DNA of 64,000 nucleotides from Rickettsiales bacterium (lineage in GTDB: Bacteria > Pseudomonadota > Alphaproteobacteria > Rickettsiales > UBA3002), in assembly GCA_028281385.1 (NCBI GenBank), contig JANQJY010000049.1, positions 73,774-137,773 of the forward strand. The letters are read 5' to 3'. How positions within the stretch are numbered: the first letter of the stretch is position 1; each line of letters begins with the position of its first letter. The notes beneath the pieces are model-generated. The model ran no database searches and was not told the DNA's origin. It worked only from the letters and a program-made list of their open reading frames with translations. A program made the translations under genes and the position numbers. Shown here one piece after another: positions 1 through 11,610 of the stretch.

Positions 1-191
1 CTGTCGATGCAGATCTTCAAGGCGCTGCTGGAGAACGGCGCGAGTGAACAGGGCGCGCGCATGTCGGCGATGGATAATGCCACGCGTAATGCCGGCGAGA
101 TGATCAAGAAATTGACATTGCAATATAACCGCTCTAGACAGGCGGCGATTACCAAGGAATTGATTGAAATTATTTCAGGCGCAGAGGCAGT

Positions 192-195
<4 letters not shown>
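1..195 (+). CDS. atpG: F0F1 ATP synthase gamma subunit, C-terminal fragment (5' end lies outside the window)
   Basis: The translation ...[42 protein letters not shown] is the conserved gamma C-terminal helix. It lies directly upstream of atpD. Confidence 0.9.
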
Positions 196-2164
<1,969 letters not shown>

Positions 2165-2206
2165 TGCGGTTAGTAAGGAGCGTGGCGACGCGCTTAGCGC
2201 ATAGCT

Positions 2207-2285
2207 GTCCCGGCGGACACATAATGTCAGGCCGGGATATCATGCCGCTTGCTGAGAGTAAGATTCCCGCCTTCACGGGAATGAC
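2207..2285. repeat. REP/MITE-like palindromic element (family 1) in the atpD-atpC spacer
   Basis: Left hairpin is tcccggc-N16-gccggga. The right 24-mer gattcccgccttcacgggaatgac (2262..2285) is 22/24 identical to the repeat at 31747..31770. Confidence 0.6.
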
Positions 2286-2297
2286 GAGGAAAAAGTA

Positions 2298-2708
2298 ATG
2301 ACGGAGCAGTTACAATTCGAACTCGTTACGCCGGAGAAACTGGCGATCTCGTCACGGGTGCAGATGGTTGAAGTGCCGGGCGAACTCGGTGATTTCGGCG
2401 TATTGCCTGGACATGCGCCCTTTATGTCGATGATCCGTCCGGGGGTGGTGACGGTGCATGAATCGGAAGAAAAAAGGGATTATTACTTTATTCCTGCCGG
2501 TTATGCTGAAGTAAATCCCGGAGGTTGCACGATTCTCGCGGAATATGTTTATGCGCTGGCTGAAATGACCTCCGAACAGATTGAGAAAAAACTGGCCGAG
2601 GCGAAAGTAGCGGCGGAACATACGAAAGACCCTGCCGAAAAAGAACGTGCCGAACGTGAATTAAGGGTAGCGGAATTACTCGGGCAAGCTTTTGAACAAT
2701 ATCACTGA
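2298..2708 (+). CDS. atpC: F0F1 ATP synthase epsilon subunit
   Basis: 136 aa with an epsilon-type N-terminus (LQFELVTPEK...VPGELGDFGVLPGHAP). It occupies the position after atpD. Confidence 0.95.
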   Translation: MTEQLQFELVTPEKLAISSRVQMVEVPGELGDFGVLPGHAPFMSMIRPGVVTVHESEEKRDYYFIPAGYAEVNPGGCTILAEYVYALAEMTSEQIEKKLAEAKVAAEHTKDPAEKERAERELRVAELLGQAFEQYH

Positions 2709-2832
2709 TCAACAGGGAAAAAGCTGCCGTTTCGGTCAGGCTCCAATCAATAATAGACGCAAGCTTTTGTGAAATAATAATAATATAAACTGGCCCTGCC
2801 TTTGCATAAAGAGTTGCGAGGGAGATTCAGTC

Positions 2833-3543
2833 ATGGCTATAGATTTTTCAACACCACCGGCGTCGCGGATTACCATTCATCCCGAACCGCAGCAGGCGAA
2901 GGCGCCAAAAGAACAGGCCGTCGCGTCCAAAGACAGTTTCTGGGGAGAAGATGGATTTGGGTTTGATGATCTGATCGATATCATCAACCCGTTGCAGCAT
3001 ATCCCGGTGGTCTCGACAATTTACCGTGAAATCACTGGTGACGAGATAGCCCCGGGGCCGCGAATGTTGGGCGGGGGTATCGTTGGCGGTGTCGTAGGCT
3101 TTGTCGCCTCCGCCGCCAATGTGATCTTTGAGCAGGAAACCGGCAAAGATGTCGGTGGTGCGGTGGTCGCTGCGTTGGTGGGAGAAGAAAATTCGCAGCC
3201 TCAGCCGACGGCTATGGCAGCAGTTGTTCCGGCGGTGAGCCCAACGGTGAGAATGATGCCGACATCGGCGGAAACCGTGGAAATAGGCATGCCGATAGAG
3301 TTGATTAAGGAACAGGCGCTAATTGCACAGCCAGCAGCACAGCAACAGGAACAACTGGAGCCGCTTGATTTTTCAGATATAGAATTGCCCCCTCGCCTGC
3401 CCGATGTGACGGAAGAAGAGAAAGAGGAAGCCAATGCGATCCTGCAGCTGTTTGGCCAGACCATGCAGGATGTGACGAATAAATATCAGGCCAGTTCCAT
3501 CCTCGATCATGTCTATGAAGTGGCCGAGGAGATGAAGGCCTAA
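2833..3543 (+). CDS. Hypothetical protein with one Gly-rich hydrophobic segment and an acidic C-terminal region
   Basis: 236-aa ORF with a GAGGGAG-type RBS upstream. The segment GGGIVGGVVGFVASAANVIF is hydrophobic. No motif recognised. Confidence 0.55.
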   Translation: MAIDFSTPPASRITIHPEPQQAKAPKEQAVASKDSFWGEDGFGFDDLIDIINPLQHIPVVSTIYREITGDEIAPGPRMLGGGIVGGVVGFVASAANVIFEQETGKDVGGAVVAALVGEENSQPQPTAMAAVVPAVSPTVRMMPTSAETVEIGMPIELIKEQALIAQPAAQQQEQLEPLDFSDIELPPRLPDVTEEEKEEANAILQLFGQTMQDVTNKYQASSILDHVYEVAEEMKA

Positions 3544-3899
3544 TCCTTTTTTCATTTATATTTCCTGTCTTTCTGTTATAGTGAATAAAGGTTAGTCGAA
3601 GGCTGACCTGGAGTGTAGCAACTCCCTACAAGTTGCGGTTCGTATGGCCGTTATTCATACTCCTCGATCGTCCCATGGTCGGGGAGCCGTTGGTGCATGT
3701 CCAAGGCTTGCCCTAAAGACCAGCGGAGCCTTTCAACTTGTAGGTTTGCTAACTCCCCGATCACCAGAGCGGGTGTTTTGGTGATCTCCGTGCATGTACA
3801 ACCAAAGGGAGATATACTATGAAAGACTCTACTCAAATCCGCGCCTTTTCACACTTTCGTCATGCTGAAGAAGCGCTGGCGACGTCAGGGTTTTCACTT

Positions 3900-3975
3900 A
3901 ATCACAGGGATGAGAGGCGAGGGTCGAGAGACGAGTATAAGATAGCTCGTCCCTCATCCCGCGCCCCTTGTCCCT
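3900..3975. repeat. Imperfect palindromic repeat element inside the 5' extension of the prepilin ORF
   Basis: gggatgagaggcgag...ctcgtccctcatccc forms an inverted repeat. The right end ccctcgcaagg resembles the ctcgcaatgac terminus of the ampG element. Confidence 0.4.
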
Positions 3976-4042
3976 CGCAAGGCTTCAGCCTTGTGGAATT
4001 GACTAGCCTTTCATTAGCGAATCTAATGAGCTTAGGAAAGCT

Positions 4043-4108
4043 GTCACCCCGGCGACGGCCGGGGTCCAGCCGAAAGTTGCTTTGGATACCGGCCTGCACC
4101 GGTATGAC
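4043..4108. repeat. REP/MITE-like palindromic element (family 1, two-hairpin form)
   Basis: Sequence is gtcaccccggcgacggccggggtccag-N12-ttggataccggcctgcaccggtatgac. The two arms are mutually inverted and each contains its own hairpin. The right 24-mer is 19/24 identical to 31747..31770, with compensatory stem changes. Confidence 0.6.
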
Positions 4109-4877
4109 GAATGGGTTCTCATTAGTGGAACTCTCCATCGTCCTCGTCATACTCGGCCTGCTCACCGGCGGCATCCTTACAGGGCAGAACCTCATCCGCA
4201 ATGCCGAGTTGCGTTCGGTGGTGACTGAATTTCAGGCCTATCAGACCGCCGTTAATACGTTCCGAGATAAATACTTTTCCTATCCTGGTGATATGTCCAA
4301 TGCGGAGGATTTTTGGGGAAGTATGAGTACGGGCACATGTCCCAATGCCACGGCGGGTGTGGGAACGGAAACCTGTAATGGGAACGGAAACGGTATATTA
4401 GAGATGGCATGGGCGAACGGACAGGTGTCGGAAGAATTTGCAGCCTGGCAACATTTGGCCAATGCCGGCTTAATTGGAGGAAGCTATACGGGGGTTTCGG
4501 GCCCCTCCAGTCAGATTCATTCTATTATTGGTGAAAATATACCGCAGGGAAAAACAGGTAATACCGGCTGGTCGTTTATATATGTTGGGACCATCACGGA
4601 CCCATTGGAACCTGATTGGTTTTTAGGTGAGTATGGCCAGCTATTACAAATTGGCGCACAGAACGGGTTTCACCGCACCGGGGGCAGCGCATTTACGCCG
4701 GAAGAAGTATGGAATATTGACATGAAAATAGACGATGGCAAACCGGGTTACGGCAAGATAAAAACGCTTAAATTCTCCAGTCGTCCCTGTGCGACAACCG
4801 ATGATCACACCACAGCGGAATATAACCTCACCAATTCGGACATTACCTGTAATATCAGGTTTACCGTATGGAAATAA
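4104..4877 (+). CDS. Prepilin-type N-terminal cleavage/methylation domain protein (type IV pilin or T2SS pseudopilin-like)
   Basis: MTNG|FSLVELSIVLVILGLLTGGIL is a class III signal peptide with Glu at +5. The open frame continues upstream to an ATG at 3819, so the start is uncertain. Confidence 0.75.
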   Translation: MTNGFSLVELSIVLVILGLLTGGILTGQNLIRNAELRSVVTEFQAYQTAVNTFRDKYFSYPGDMSNAEDFWGSMSTGTCPNATAGVGTETCNGNGNGILEMAWANGQVSEEFAAWQHLANAGLIGGSYTGVSGPSSQIHSIIGENIPQGKTGNTGWSFIYVGTITDPLEPDWFLGEYGQLLQIGAQNGFHRTGGSAFTPEEVWNIDMKIDDGKPGYGKIKTLKFSSRPCATTDDHTTAEYNLTNSDITCNIRFTVWK

Positions 4878-4886
4878 AATCCGGAT

Positions 4887-5576
4887 TTATTTTGCTCTTT
4901 CGCCAAAAACGCCGGTGCCTATCCTCACATAGGTCGCGCCTAATTGTGTGGCAACTTCATAATCTGCGCTCATGCCCATGCTCAACTCCGGCAGCCCATA
5001 TTCCTGCGCTAGTTTATATAATAATGCAAAATGTGGTGCCGGAAGATCATCTGCGGGAGGGATGCACATGAGCCCGCTGATCGCCAATCCGATTGATTCA
5101 CAATGGCACATAAGTCCTTCCAGTTCTTTTGGAAAGATACCATGCTTTTGTGTTTCCTCGCCGGTATTGATCTGAATGAGACAGTGAGGCTCCCTGCCCT
5201 GTTTCACCGATTCATTCTTAACGGCATCAGCAATTTTGAGACGATCGATGGTATGAATCACATCAAACAGGGCGACAGCGTCTTTGACCTTGTTGGACTG
5301 CAGCGGGCCGATCAGATGCAGTGCCAGGTCATCATAGCGGGATTTCAGATCAGCCCAATGAGTCTTGCCCTCCTGCACCATATTTTCACCGAATATCCGG
5401 TGACCGATATCAAGAGCGGCCTGAATTTTTTCCTGCGGCTGGCGCTTGCTCACCGCGATCAATGACGGTGTTTTGTTTGATAAGTCAGATGTTTGCGATG
5501 TCTTTGCAAGGCGACTTTGTATGGTCTCGAAAGATGATTGAAGAGAAGATATCATGATTAATCTATAGCTTATCAC
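4887..5576 (-). CDS. yggS: YggS-family pyridoxal-phosphate homeostasis protein
   Basis: 229 aa with VSKRQP...GHRIFGENMVQE...HLIGPLQSNK...SMGMSADY, the typical YggS/PROSC blocks. Confidence 0.9.
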   Translation of the reverse strand: MISYRLIMISSLQSSFETIQSRLAKTSQTSDLSNKTPSLIAVSKRQPQEKIQAALDIGHRIFGENMVQEGKTHWADLKSRYDDLALHLIGPLQSNKVKDAVALFDVIHTIDRLKIADAVKNESVKQGREPHCLIQINTGEETQKHGIFPKELEGLMCHCESIGLAISGLMCIPPADDLPAPHFALLYKLAQEYGLPELSMGMSADYEVATQLGATYVRIGTGVFGERAK

Positions 5577-5788
5577 TCAGATTCTCTCAAGAATAGCTGA
5601 TAGGTGTGTCTTTGGTTTGTGACATTCGTGCAACATGGGGGTATCAAAAGCCAGTATGAGGTCATGGAATCATCTGTTCGGCTTGCTAGAGGCGGTCTCA
5701 TCGTCGATAAAAGCGTCAGGAGCACAAGGCATAAGCTGCGTGCGCCTTGTTAACTTAGTTAATTGTATAGTGCAAAAGGACGAGTATT

Positions 5789-6913
5789 ATGAAAAAGATT
5801 CTTCTTGGTACAACTGGTCTTATCAGCGCTGCAATGCTTGCATCTGCTGCGTCTGCTGAGACTCCGAAAGTAACCGTTGGAGGTTTCATCGACTTCCAAG
5901 CTGGTTTCATGAGTGATGACCTTGATGCGGCTCAGCGTTCACAAGGCTTCCGTAACGACACCGAAGTGTCTATCCGCGTAGACGGCAAGTCTGACAGCGG
6001 TCTGGGCTATGGTGCCGTGATCGATCTGGAAGCAGATGTGACGGCTGATGCTGATGGTGAAGGTTTGAATGCTTCTCGCACCTATGTTTATTTGAACGGT
6101 GACTGGGGTGAGTTCCAGTTGGGTTCTAATCAGGGTGCTGCTGCTACGTTGGCTATTGATGCTGATAACATTGCCGTAGCAACTGGCGGTATCAACGGTT
6201 CTTGGACCTATTTCGCCAACGGAACGGGTACGGGATACATCTCTACTCCGGAACTGCCGGCTGAGCATGGTTCTGTCGTTGCTATCGGTGGTGAAACCAC
6301 GGACAACAACAACAAGATCACCTATTATTCTCCGCGTTTCTCAGGTTTCCAACTGGGTATTTCTTACGCACCTGACCTGACCGATAAAGGTCAAACCGTG
6401 ACGCGTATCGATACTGCTCTGGGTTCTGCCGGTGACATTTTTGATCTGGCTTTGAACTTCGAGCATACCTTCGATAACATGCTGGATCTGGGTGCTGCTA
6501 TCACCGGTACATTCGGTGATGCTGATGCCGGTACGGAAGATCTGGAAGCATACAATCTTGGTGCGATGCTGGGTTACAAAGGCTTCTCTGTTGCCGCTTC
6601 TTACGGTGACTGGGGTGATAGCCTGCGTGCTAACGGCCTGAGCAACGATGATGCGGATTACTGGACGCTGGGTGCGGCTTATGAAGGCGGACCTTTCGGT
6701 ATCTCTGCAACCTACATGGATTCAGACTATGAAGCTGGTGGTGCAGGAACCGGTTCTAACGACTTCGATAACCTGGTTATCGGTGCCGATTACAAGCTGG
6801 CTCCGGGCCTGACCCCTTACGCAGAAGTGAGCTTCTATGACTATGATGCTCTGGGTACTGCTGCCGACAATGACGGTACGGTATTCATTCTGGGTACCCA
6901 GCTTGCGTTCTAA
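5789..6913 (+). CDS. Outer-membrane porin
   Basis: Signal peptide MKKILLGTTGLISAAMLASAASA, a Gly/Asp/Tyr-rich alternating beta-strand pattern and a C-terminal ...GTQLAF. A long 5' leader precedes it and a strong terminator follows. Confidence 0.85.
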   Translation: MKKILLGTTGLISAAMLASAASAETPKVTVGGFIDFQAGFMSDDLDAAQRSQGFRNDTEVSIRVDGKSDSGLGYGAVIDLEADVTADADGEGLNASRTYVYLNGDWGEFQLGSNQGAAATLAIDADNIAVATGGINGSWTYFANGTGTGYISTPELPAEHGSVVAIGGETTDNNNKITYYSPRFSGFQLGISYAPDLTDKGQTVTRIDTALGSAGDIFDLALNFEHTFDNMLDLGAAITGTFGDADAGTEDLEAYNLGAMLGYKGFSVAASYGDWGDSLRANGLSNDDADYWTLGAAYEGGPFGISATYMDSDYEAGGAGTGSNDFDNLVIGADYKLAPGLTPYAEVSFYDYDALGTAADNDGTVFILGTQLAF

Positions 6914-6941
6914 TTCAGTTTAGAACTTGCTAGATAAGAAG

Positions 6942-6975
6942 GGCGGCGCTAAGTTAGCGTCGCCTTTTTTATTTT
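6942..6975 (+). terminator. Rho-independent terminator of the porin gene
   Basis: ggcggcgct-aagtt-agcgtcgcc forms a 9-bp stem with one G-U pair, followed by tttttt. Confidence 0.75.
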
Positions 6976-6988
6976 ATGAGTAGAGGAT

Positions 6989-7498
6989 ATGATTCAGGCC
7001 ACTGCAACATTCATAGCTTTTTTAATTATTACCCTGCTGTCTGCTTGTGACGGAGTGGAAAGCGAGGCTTCCTATCCGGAGCGTCAGGAGTTGGAGCGCA
7101 ATATCAAACGCGGAAAACTAACCGGAGACGGCTTGACACTTGGCGGGGGGGGTGATGATGAGTCGTCGGGCGGTAAAAACCCGCTTGGTGTCAATAGTTT
7201 CCTCTGGCGCGCGACGCTCGATACACTGGCCTTCATGCCGTTGTCGTCGGCTGATCCTTTCGGCGGTGTAATTATTACCGACTGGTATGAAGACCCTAAA
7301 TCGCGGGGAGAACGATTCAAGGTTAACGCGTTGATTCTGGATCGTCAGTTACGGGCCGATGGCGTCAACGTTTCGGTGTTTAAACAAAGCAGAACCGAGG
7401 AAGGCTGGATTGATGAAGCGGTGGCGGATTCTATCGAGCGTAAACTGGAGGATACGATTCTCACTCGCGCGCGGCAGCTGCGCATTAAACAGTTTTGA
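6989..7498 (+). CDS. DUF3576-family lipoprotein
   Basis: Lipobox LLSAC. The block NSFLWRATLDTLAFMPLSSADPFGGVIITDWYEDP matches the DUF3576 family, which is common in alphaproteobacteria. Confidence 0.8.
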   Translation: MIQATATFIAFLIITLLSACDGVESEASYPERQELERNIKRGKLTGDGLTLGGGGDDESSGGKNPLGVNSFLWRATLDTLAFMPLSSADPFGGVIITDWYEDPKSRGERFKVNALILDRQLRADGVNVSVFKQSRTEEGWIDEAVADSIERKLEDTILTRARQLRIKQF

Positions 7499-7513
7499 TC
7501 AGTAGCAGACAGA

Positions 7514-10078
7514 ATGAGTGATCATCAGCGCTATAATTTTCGTGAAACAGAGGTGAAATGGCAGGCCTGCTGGGAGGAGGCTGGTGTATTTGCCACAGCC
7601 ACTGAGACCGATAAGCCACATTATTACGTACTCGAAATGTTCCCCTACCCGTCCGGCAATATCCATATGGGGCATGTGCGGAATTATACGCTGGGGGATG
7701 TCATGGCGCGCTATAAACGCGCACAGGGCTTTCATGTGCTGCACCCGATGGGCTGGGACGCTTTTGGCCTGCCGGCGGAGAATGCGGCGATAGAACGCGG
7801 CGTACATCCCAAGGGATGGACCTATGACAATATCGCCACCATGCGCGAGCAGTTGAAGTCGATCGGCCTGTCCTATGACTGGAGCCGTGAATTTGCCACT
7901 TGTGATCCCGATTATTACCGACATGAACAGCGTTTCTTTCTGGAGATGCTCAAACATGGGCTGGCGTACCGCAAGGAATCTTATGTCAACTGGGACCCGG
8001 TCGATCAGACTGTGCTTGCTAATGAGCAGGTGGTCGATGGGTGCGGCTGGCGTTCGGGCGCGCCGGTTGAGCGCAAGAAGCTGTCGCAGTGGTTTTTGAA
8101 AATCAGTGACTATGCCGAGGAATTACTGCAGGCGATTGAGACGCTTGAACAGTGGCCGGACAAGGTTCGGATTATGCAGGAAAAATGGATCGGTAAATCC
8201 TACGGAGCGTCGATTCATTTCGAAATCAAAGGCCGTGACGAAAGACTGGAAGTCTATACCACGCGGCCGGATACCTTATTTGGCATGTCCTTCGCCGCCA
8301 TTGCAGCAAACCATTCTCTGGCGCTGGAGCTGGCAGAAAATAATGAAGAACTCGCGGCGTTTATCAGGGAGTGTGATCAACTTGGCACCAGCGAGGAAGC
8401 GATCGAGAAAGCGGAAAAAAAAGGCATCGATACCGGTCTGAAGGTCGTCCATCCATTTACAGGTGAAGAAAAACCACTCTATGTCGCCAATTTTGTGCTG
8501 ATGGATTACGGTACCGGCGCGATTTTCGCCTGTCCGGCGCATGATGAGCGTGATCACGCCTTCGCGCGTAAATATGATCTGCCGATAACGCAGGTCATCG
8601 CAAATGAAAAAGAAACTATCGATATTCACGAGGAAGCCTATACCGGCGATGGTGTGCTGATCAATTCCGATTTTCTCAATGGCCTGCCGGTGGAAGAGGC
8701 CAAGCAGAAAGCCATTGCGGTCCTGGAGGAAAAGGAAACTGGCACAAAAACCATCAATTACCGCCTGCGCGACTGGGGAGTCTCGCGTCAGCGTTACTGG
8801 GGTTGTCCCATTCCGATTATTTATTGTGAAGATTGTGGTGCTGTGCCGGTGCCGGAGGATCAGCTTCCGGTGGAACTTCCGGAGGATGTGAACTTCGACA
8901 AGCCCGGCAATCCCCTCGCCCATCACCCGACATGGAAGCAGGTTGCGTGTCCGCAATGTGGCAAGCCAGCCGAGCGTGAGACCGATACCTTTGACACATT
9001 CTTTGAATCTTCCTGGTATTTCGCGCGGTTTATTTCGCCACAATCCGAGGATGGCATCGATAAACAGGCTGCAAATCGCTGGCTGCCGGTTGATCAATAT
9101 ATCGGTGGTGTCGAGCATGCGGTGATGCATCTGCTCTATTCACGTTTTTTCATGCGTGCGCTGAAAACCTGCGGCATTGTCGATGTCGAAGAACCCTTCA
9201 AAGGGCTGATGACACAGGGCATGGTCTGTCACCAGACCTTTAAGGGTGAGGACGGCAACTGGCTCTATCCGGATGATGTGGTGAAAAAAGACGATGCCTG
9301 GATGCATAGGCAAACAGGTGCGCCTGTTAAGGCAGGCCGCTCGGAGAAGATGAGTAAATCGAAACGCAATACCATTGATCCACATCATATTATTACCACC
9401 TATGGGGCGGATACGGCGCGATTGTTCATGCTGTCCGACAGCCCGCCCGAGCGTGATCTGGAATGGACCGAAGCCGGAGTGGACGGTGCTTGGCGGTATG
9501 TCAGCCGTGTCTGGCGCTTGGTGGCAGACCATAAAGAGGCGCTTTTAAAAGCAGACACGGGTGGTGCGGCACAGATCACCGATGGACCATTACTGGAACT
9601 GCGCAAAAAAACGCATAAGACCATCGATGCGGTCACAAAAGATATTGAGGCATTTCATTTCAACAAGGCTGTTGCGCATATTCGTGAATTGACCAATGCT
9701 TTGGGTACAATGGAGTTATCCGCTGCGGAAGATATGTCGGTCTATAAAGAAGGGCTGGAAGCAGCGATTAAACTCATGGCGCCGTTAATGCCGCATCTGG
9801 CCGAGGAATGCTGGGCACAGCTGGGCCATGAGCGTATAGTCTGCGATGAGCCGTGGCCGGTAGCGGAGAAAGCGCTGCTGGAGGATGATACGGTGACGAT
9901 TGCCATTCAGGTCAATGGTAAAATACGTGGTAAGCTGGAGCTGGTAAAAGATAGCAGCAAGAAAGACACGGAAAAGGCCGCATTGTCGCATGAAAATGTC
10001 CAGCGGGCGATTGCCGAAAAAGAAGTGAAAAAAATTATTGTGGTGCCGAACAAGATTGTCAATGTAGTGGTTGCCTGA
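7514..10078 (+). CDS. leuS: Leucyl-tRNA synthetase
   Basis: 854 aa with the HIGH-type motif [16 protein letters not shown] and CP1/zinc-type blocks. Confidence 0.98.
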   Translation: MSDHQRYNFRETEVKWQACWEEAGVFATATETDKPHYYVLEMFPYPSGNIHMGHVRNYTLGDVMARYKRAQGFHVLHPMGWDAFGLPAENAAIERGVHPKGWTYDNIATMREQLKSIGLSYDWSREFATCDPDYYRHEQRFFLEMLKHGLAYRKESYVNWDPVDQTVLANEQVVDGCGWRSGAPVERKKLSQWFLKISDYAEELLQAIETLEQWPDKVRIMQEKWIGKSYGASIHFEIKGRDERLEVYTTRPDTLFGMSFAAIAANHSLALELAENNEELAAFIRECDQLGTSEEAIEKAEKKGIDTGLKVVHPFTGEEKPLYVANFVLMDYGTGAIFACPAHDERDHAFARKYDLPITQVIANEKETIDIHEEAYTGDGVLINSDFLNGLPVEEAKQKAIAVLEEKETGTKTINYRLRDWGVSRQRYWGCPIPIIYCEDCGAVPVPEDQLPVELPEDVNFDKPGNPLAHHPTWKQVACPQCGKPAERETDTFDTFFESSWYFARFISPQSEDGIDKQAANRWLPVDQYIGGVEHAVMHLLYSRFFMRALKTCGIVDVEEPFKGLMTQGMVCHQTFKGEDGNWLYPDDVVKKDDAWMHRQTGAPVKAGRSEKMSKSKRNTIDPHHIITTYGADTARLFMLSDSPPERDLEWTEAGVDGAWRYVSRVWRLVADHKEALLKADTGGAAQITDGPLLELRKKTHKTIDAVTKDIEAFHFNKAVAHIRELTNALGTMELSAAEDMSVYKEGLEAAIKLMAPLMPHLAEECWAQLGHERIVCDEPWPVAEKALLEDDTVTIAIQVNGKIRGKLELVKDSSKKDTEKAALSHENVQRAIAEKEVKKIIVVPNKIVNVVVA

Positions 10079-10578
10079 TGCGTAGCAGAAAAATACCCGT
10101 TATATTCATTTTAATGGCGGTATGGTTGCAGGGATGCGGCTTTACGCCTATTTATGCCACGGATCAGCCTTACGGCTTTTTACTGGCATCTATTCGCATC
10201 GAAACCCAGGACGACCGTATCGGCCAGCTGCTGCGGATTCATCTGGAAGATTTGTTTAACCCTGAATCCACATCGGTTGAAAAACGCTATAAACTGATTG
10301 CCCAGGCTGGATATAATGTCAAAATAAAGGCGATTGACCCGGATGGTACGGCGGCGCGTTATGCGCTGGAGGTGGTGTCGAACTATGCGTTTCATCCACT
10401 GGATAACGCCGAGCAGATGACCCGCGGGACGATTCGCCGCGATGTGAGTTATAATGTCTCGGAAGATCAGGATTATGCCACCTTCATTGCTGAGCAGGAT
10501 GCGCTGAAACGTGCGATCAAGGAAGTGGCGGAGGCCTATAAGGCGGAAATGGCGGCATTGCTGGCAAGAGGATATTAA
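10078..10578 (+). CDS. lptE: LPS-assembly lipoprotein LptE
   Basis: Lipobox LQGCGFTPIY. It has the size and the conserved position between leuS and holA. Its start overlaps the leuS stop. Confidence 0.75.
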   Translation: MRSRKIPVIFILMAVWLQGCGFTPIYATDQPYGFLLASIRIETQDDRIGQLLRIHLEDLFNPESTSVEKRYKLIAQAGYNVKIKAIDPDGTAARYALEVVSNYAFHPLDNAEQMTRGTIRRDVSYNVSEDQDYATFIAEQDALKRAIKEVAEAYKAEMAALLARGY

Positions 10579-10581
10579 GAC

Positions 10582-11610
10582 ATGAAACTGGCGACTCGTG
10601 ATATCAGTGCTTTTATCGCTAACCCGACCCGTAGTAATGGAGTACTGGTCTACGGACCGGATCGCGGTCTAGTACGCCAGCGGGTGGACCATATCGCAGC
10701 GCAGATTGTTGGTGATCTGTCCGATCCGTTTAACAAGGCAGAGTTGACGAATGAACAATTGCTCGAAGACAGTGCTGTGCTGTTTGATGAGCTGGCGGCG
10801 ATGAGTTTTACTGGTGACCGCCGGTTGATCCTGATACGCGATGCCAGCGATAAACTGACCACGCTGGTAAAAGAAGCATTACCGCAATTAAATGAGCAGA
10901 ATTATCTTCTGCTTTATACCGATGAGCTTTCTCCGCGCTCCTCTCTGCGCGGGCTGTTCGAGAAAGAGACCTCGCTGGCCGCCCTGCCTTGTTACCGCGA
11001 TGAAGGTGTTGGGCTGGAACAGTTGATTCGTGATACCTTCAGGGGCTACGGCTTGCAGGTCGAGAGTGGCGTGTTGCCTTATCTTGTTGAACATCTGGGC
11101 GGTGACCGTCTGGTTATTCTGAGCGAGCTTGAGAAGATCTCGCTTTATTGTGGCGAGGAGGAAACAATCTCACTTGAAGAAGTGCAACATATTGTTGGCG
11201 ATAGTAAGGAGCATGGCCTGGATGATATGGCGTTTGCGCTAGCATCGGGGAATGTCGAACAGCTGATGCAATTGCTCGATAAGCTTTTTCTCGAAGGCAC
11301 AAATGCGGTCGTGATGCTCAGGACGATCACGCGTCACATGCAGCGGTTACTCGATATTTATGATGCGATGGAGGAGGGAATAAGTGAAGATCAGGCGATT
11401 AAATCACTGCGGCCACCGATCTTTTTCAAACATATTCCGACGATTAAGTCTCAATTAAGGTGCTGGAATAAAAAAAGAATTATTCAGATTTTGCATCTGT
11501 TATCCAAAGCGGAAATAGAAATCAAAACCCATCACGAGCAATCGGAATTATTGTGCCACCATTATCTGATGCATATGGCACGCACAGCCACTAAACGTAT
11601 GGCAGCCTAA
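10582..11610 (+). CDS. holA: DNA polymerase III delta subunit
   Basis: 342 aa with an N-terminal ...VLVYGPDRGLVRQR pattern and the conserved leuS-lptE-holA order. Confidence 0.85.
   Translation: MKLATRDISAFIANPTRSNGVLVYGPDRGLVRQRVDHIAAQIVGDLSDPFNKAELTNEQLLEDSAVLFDELAAMSFTGDRRLILIRDASDKLTTLVKEALPQLNEQNYLLLYTDELSPRSSLRGLFEKETSLAALPCYRDEGVGLEQLIRDTFRGYGLQVESGVLPYLVEHLGGDRLVILSELEKISLYCGEEETISLEEVQHIVGDSKEHGLDDMAFALASGNVEQLMQLLDKLFLEGTNAVVMLRTITRHMQRLLDIYDAMEEGISEDQAIKSLRPPIFFKHIPTIKSQLRCWNKKRIIQILHLLSKAEIEIKTHHEQSELLCHHYLMHMARTATKRMAA

Noticed and set aside
3626-3660. A possible tRNA, because of the T-loop-like ggttcgtat, or a c-di-GMP/GEMM riboswitch upstream of the pilin-like gene.
   Set aside because: No acceptor, D or anticodon arms can be drawn around the ggttcg motif. 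None of the GEMM conserved blocks (the GNRA tetraloop/receptor arrangement, ACGCAAAGC-type core) are present.
2207-4108. Whether the scattered hairpin repeats could be a CRISPR array.
   Set aside because: The repeats are not regularly spaced. They are palindromic, dispersed and of several families, they have no spacer-like unique units of uniform length, and no cas genes are present.
11500-11508. A DnaA-box-like ttatccaaa, and a general search for oriC near the par locus.
   Set aside because: It is a single 8/9 match inside holA coding sequence. I saw no cluster of DnaA boxes and no AT-rich unwinding region in any intergenic spacer of this window, so oriC is probably outside it.
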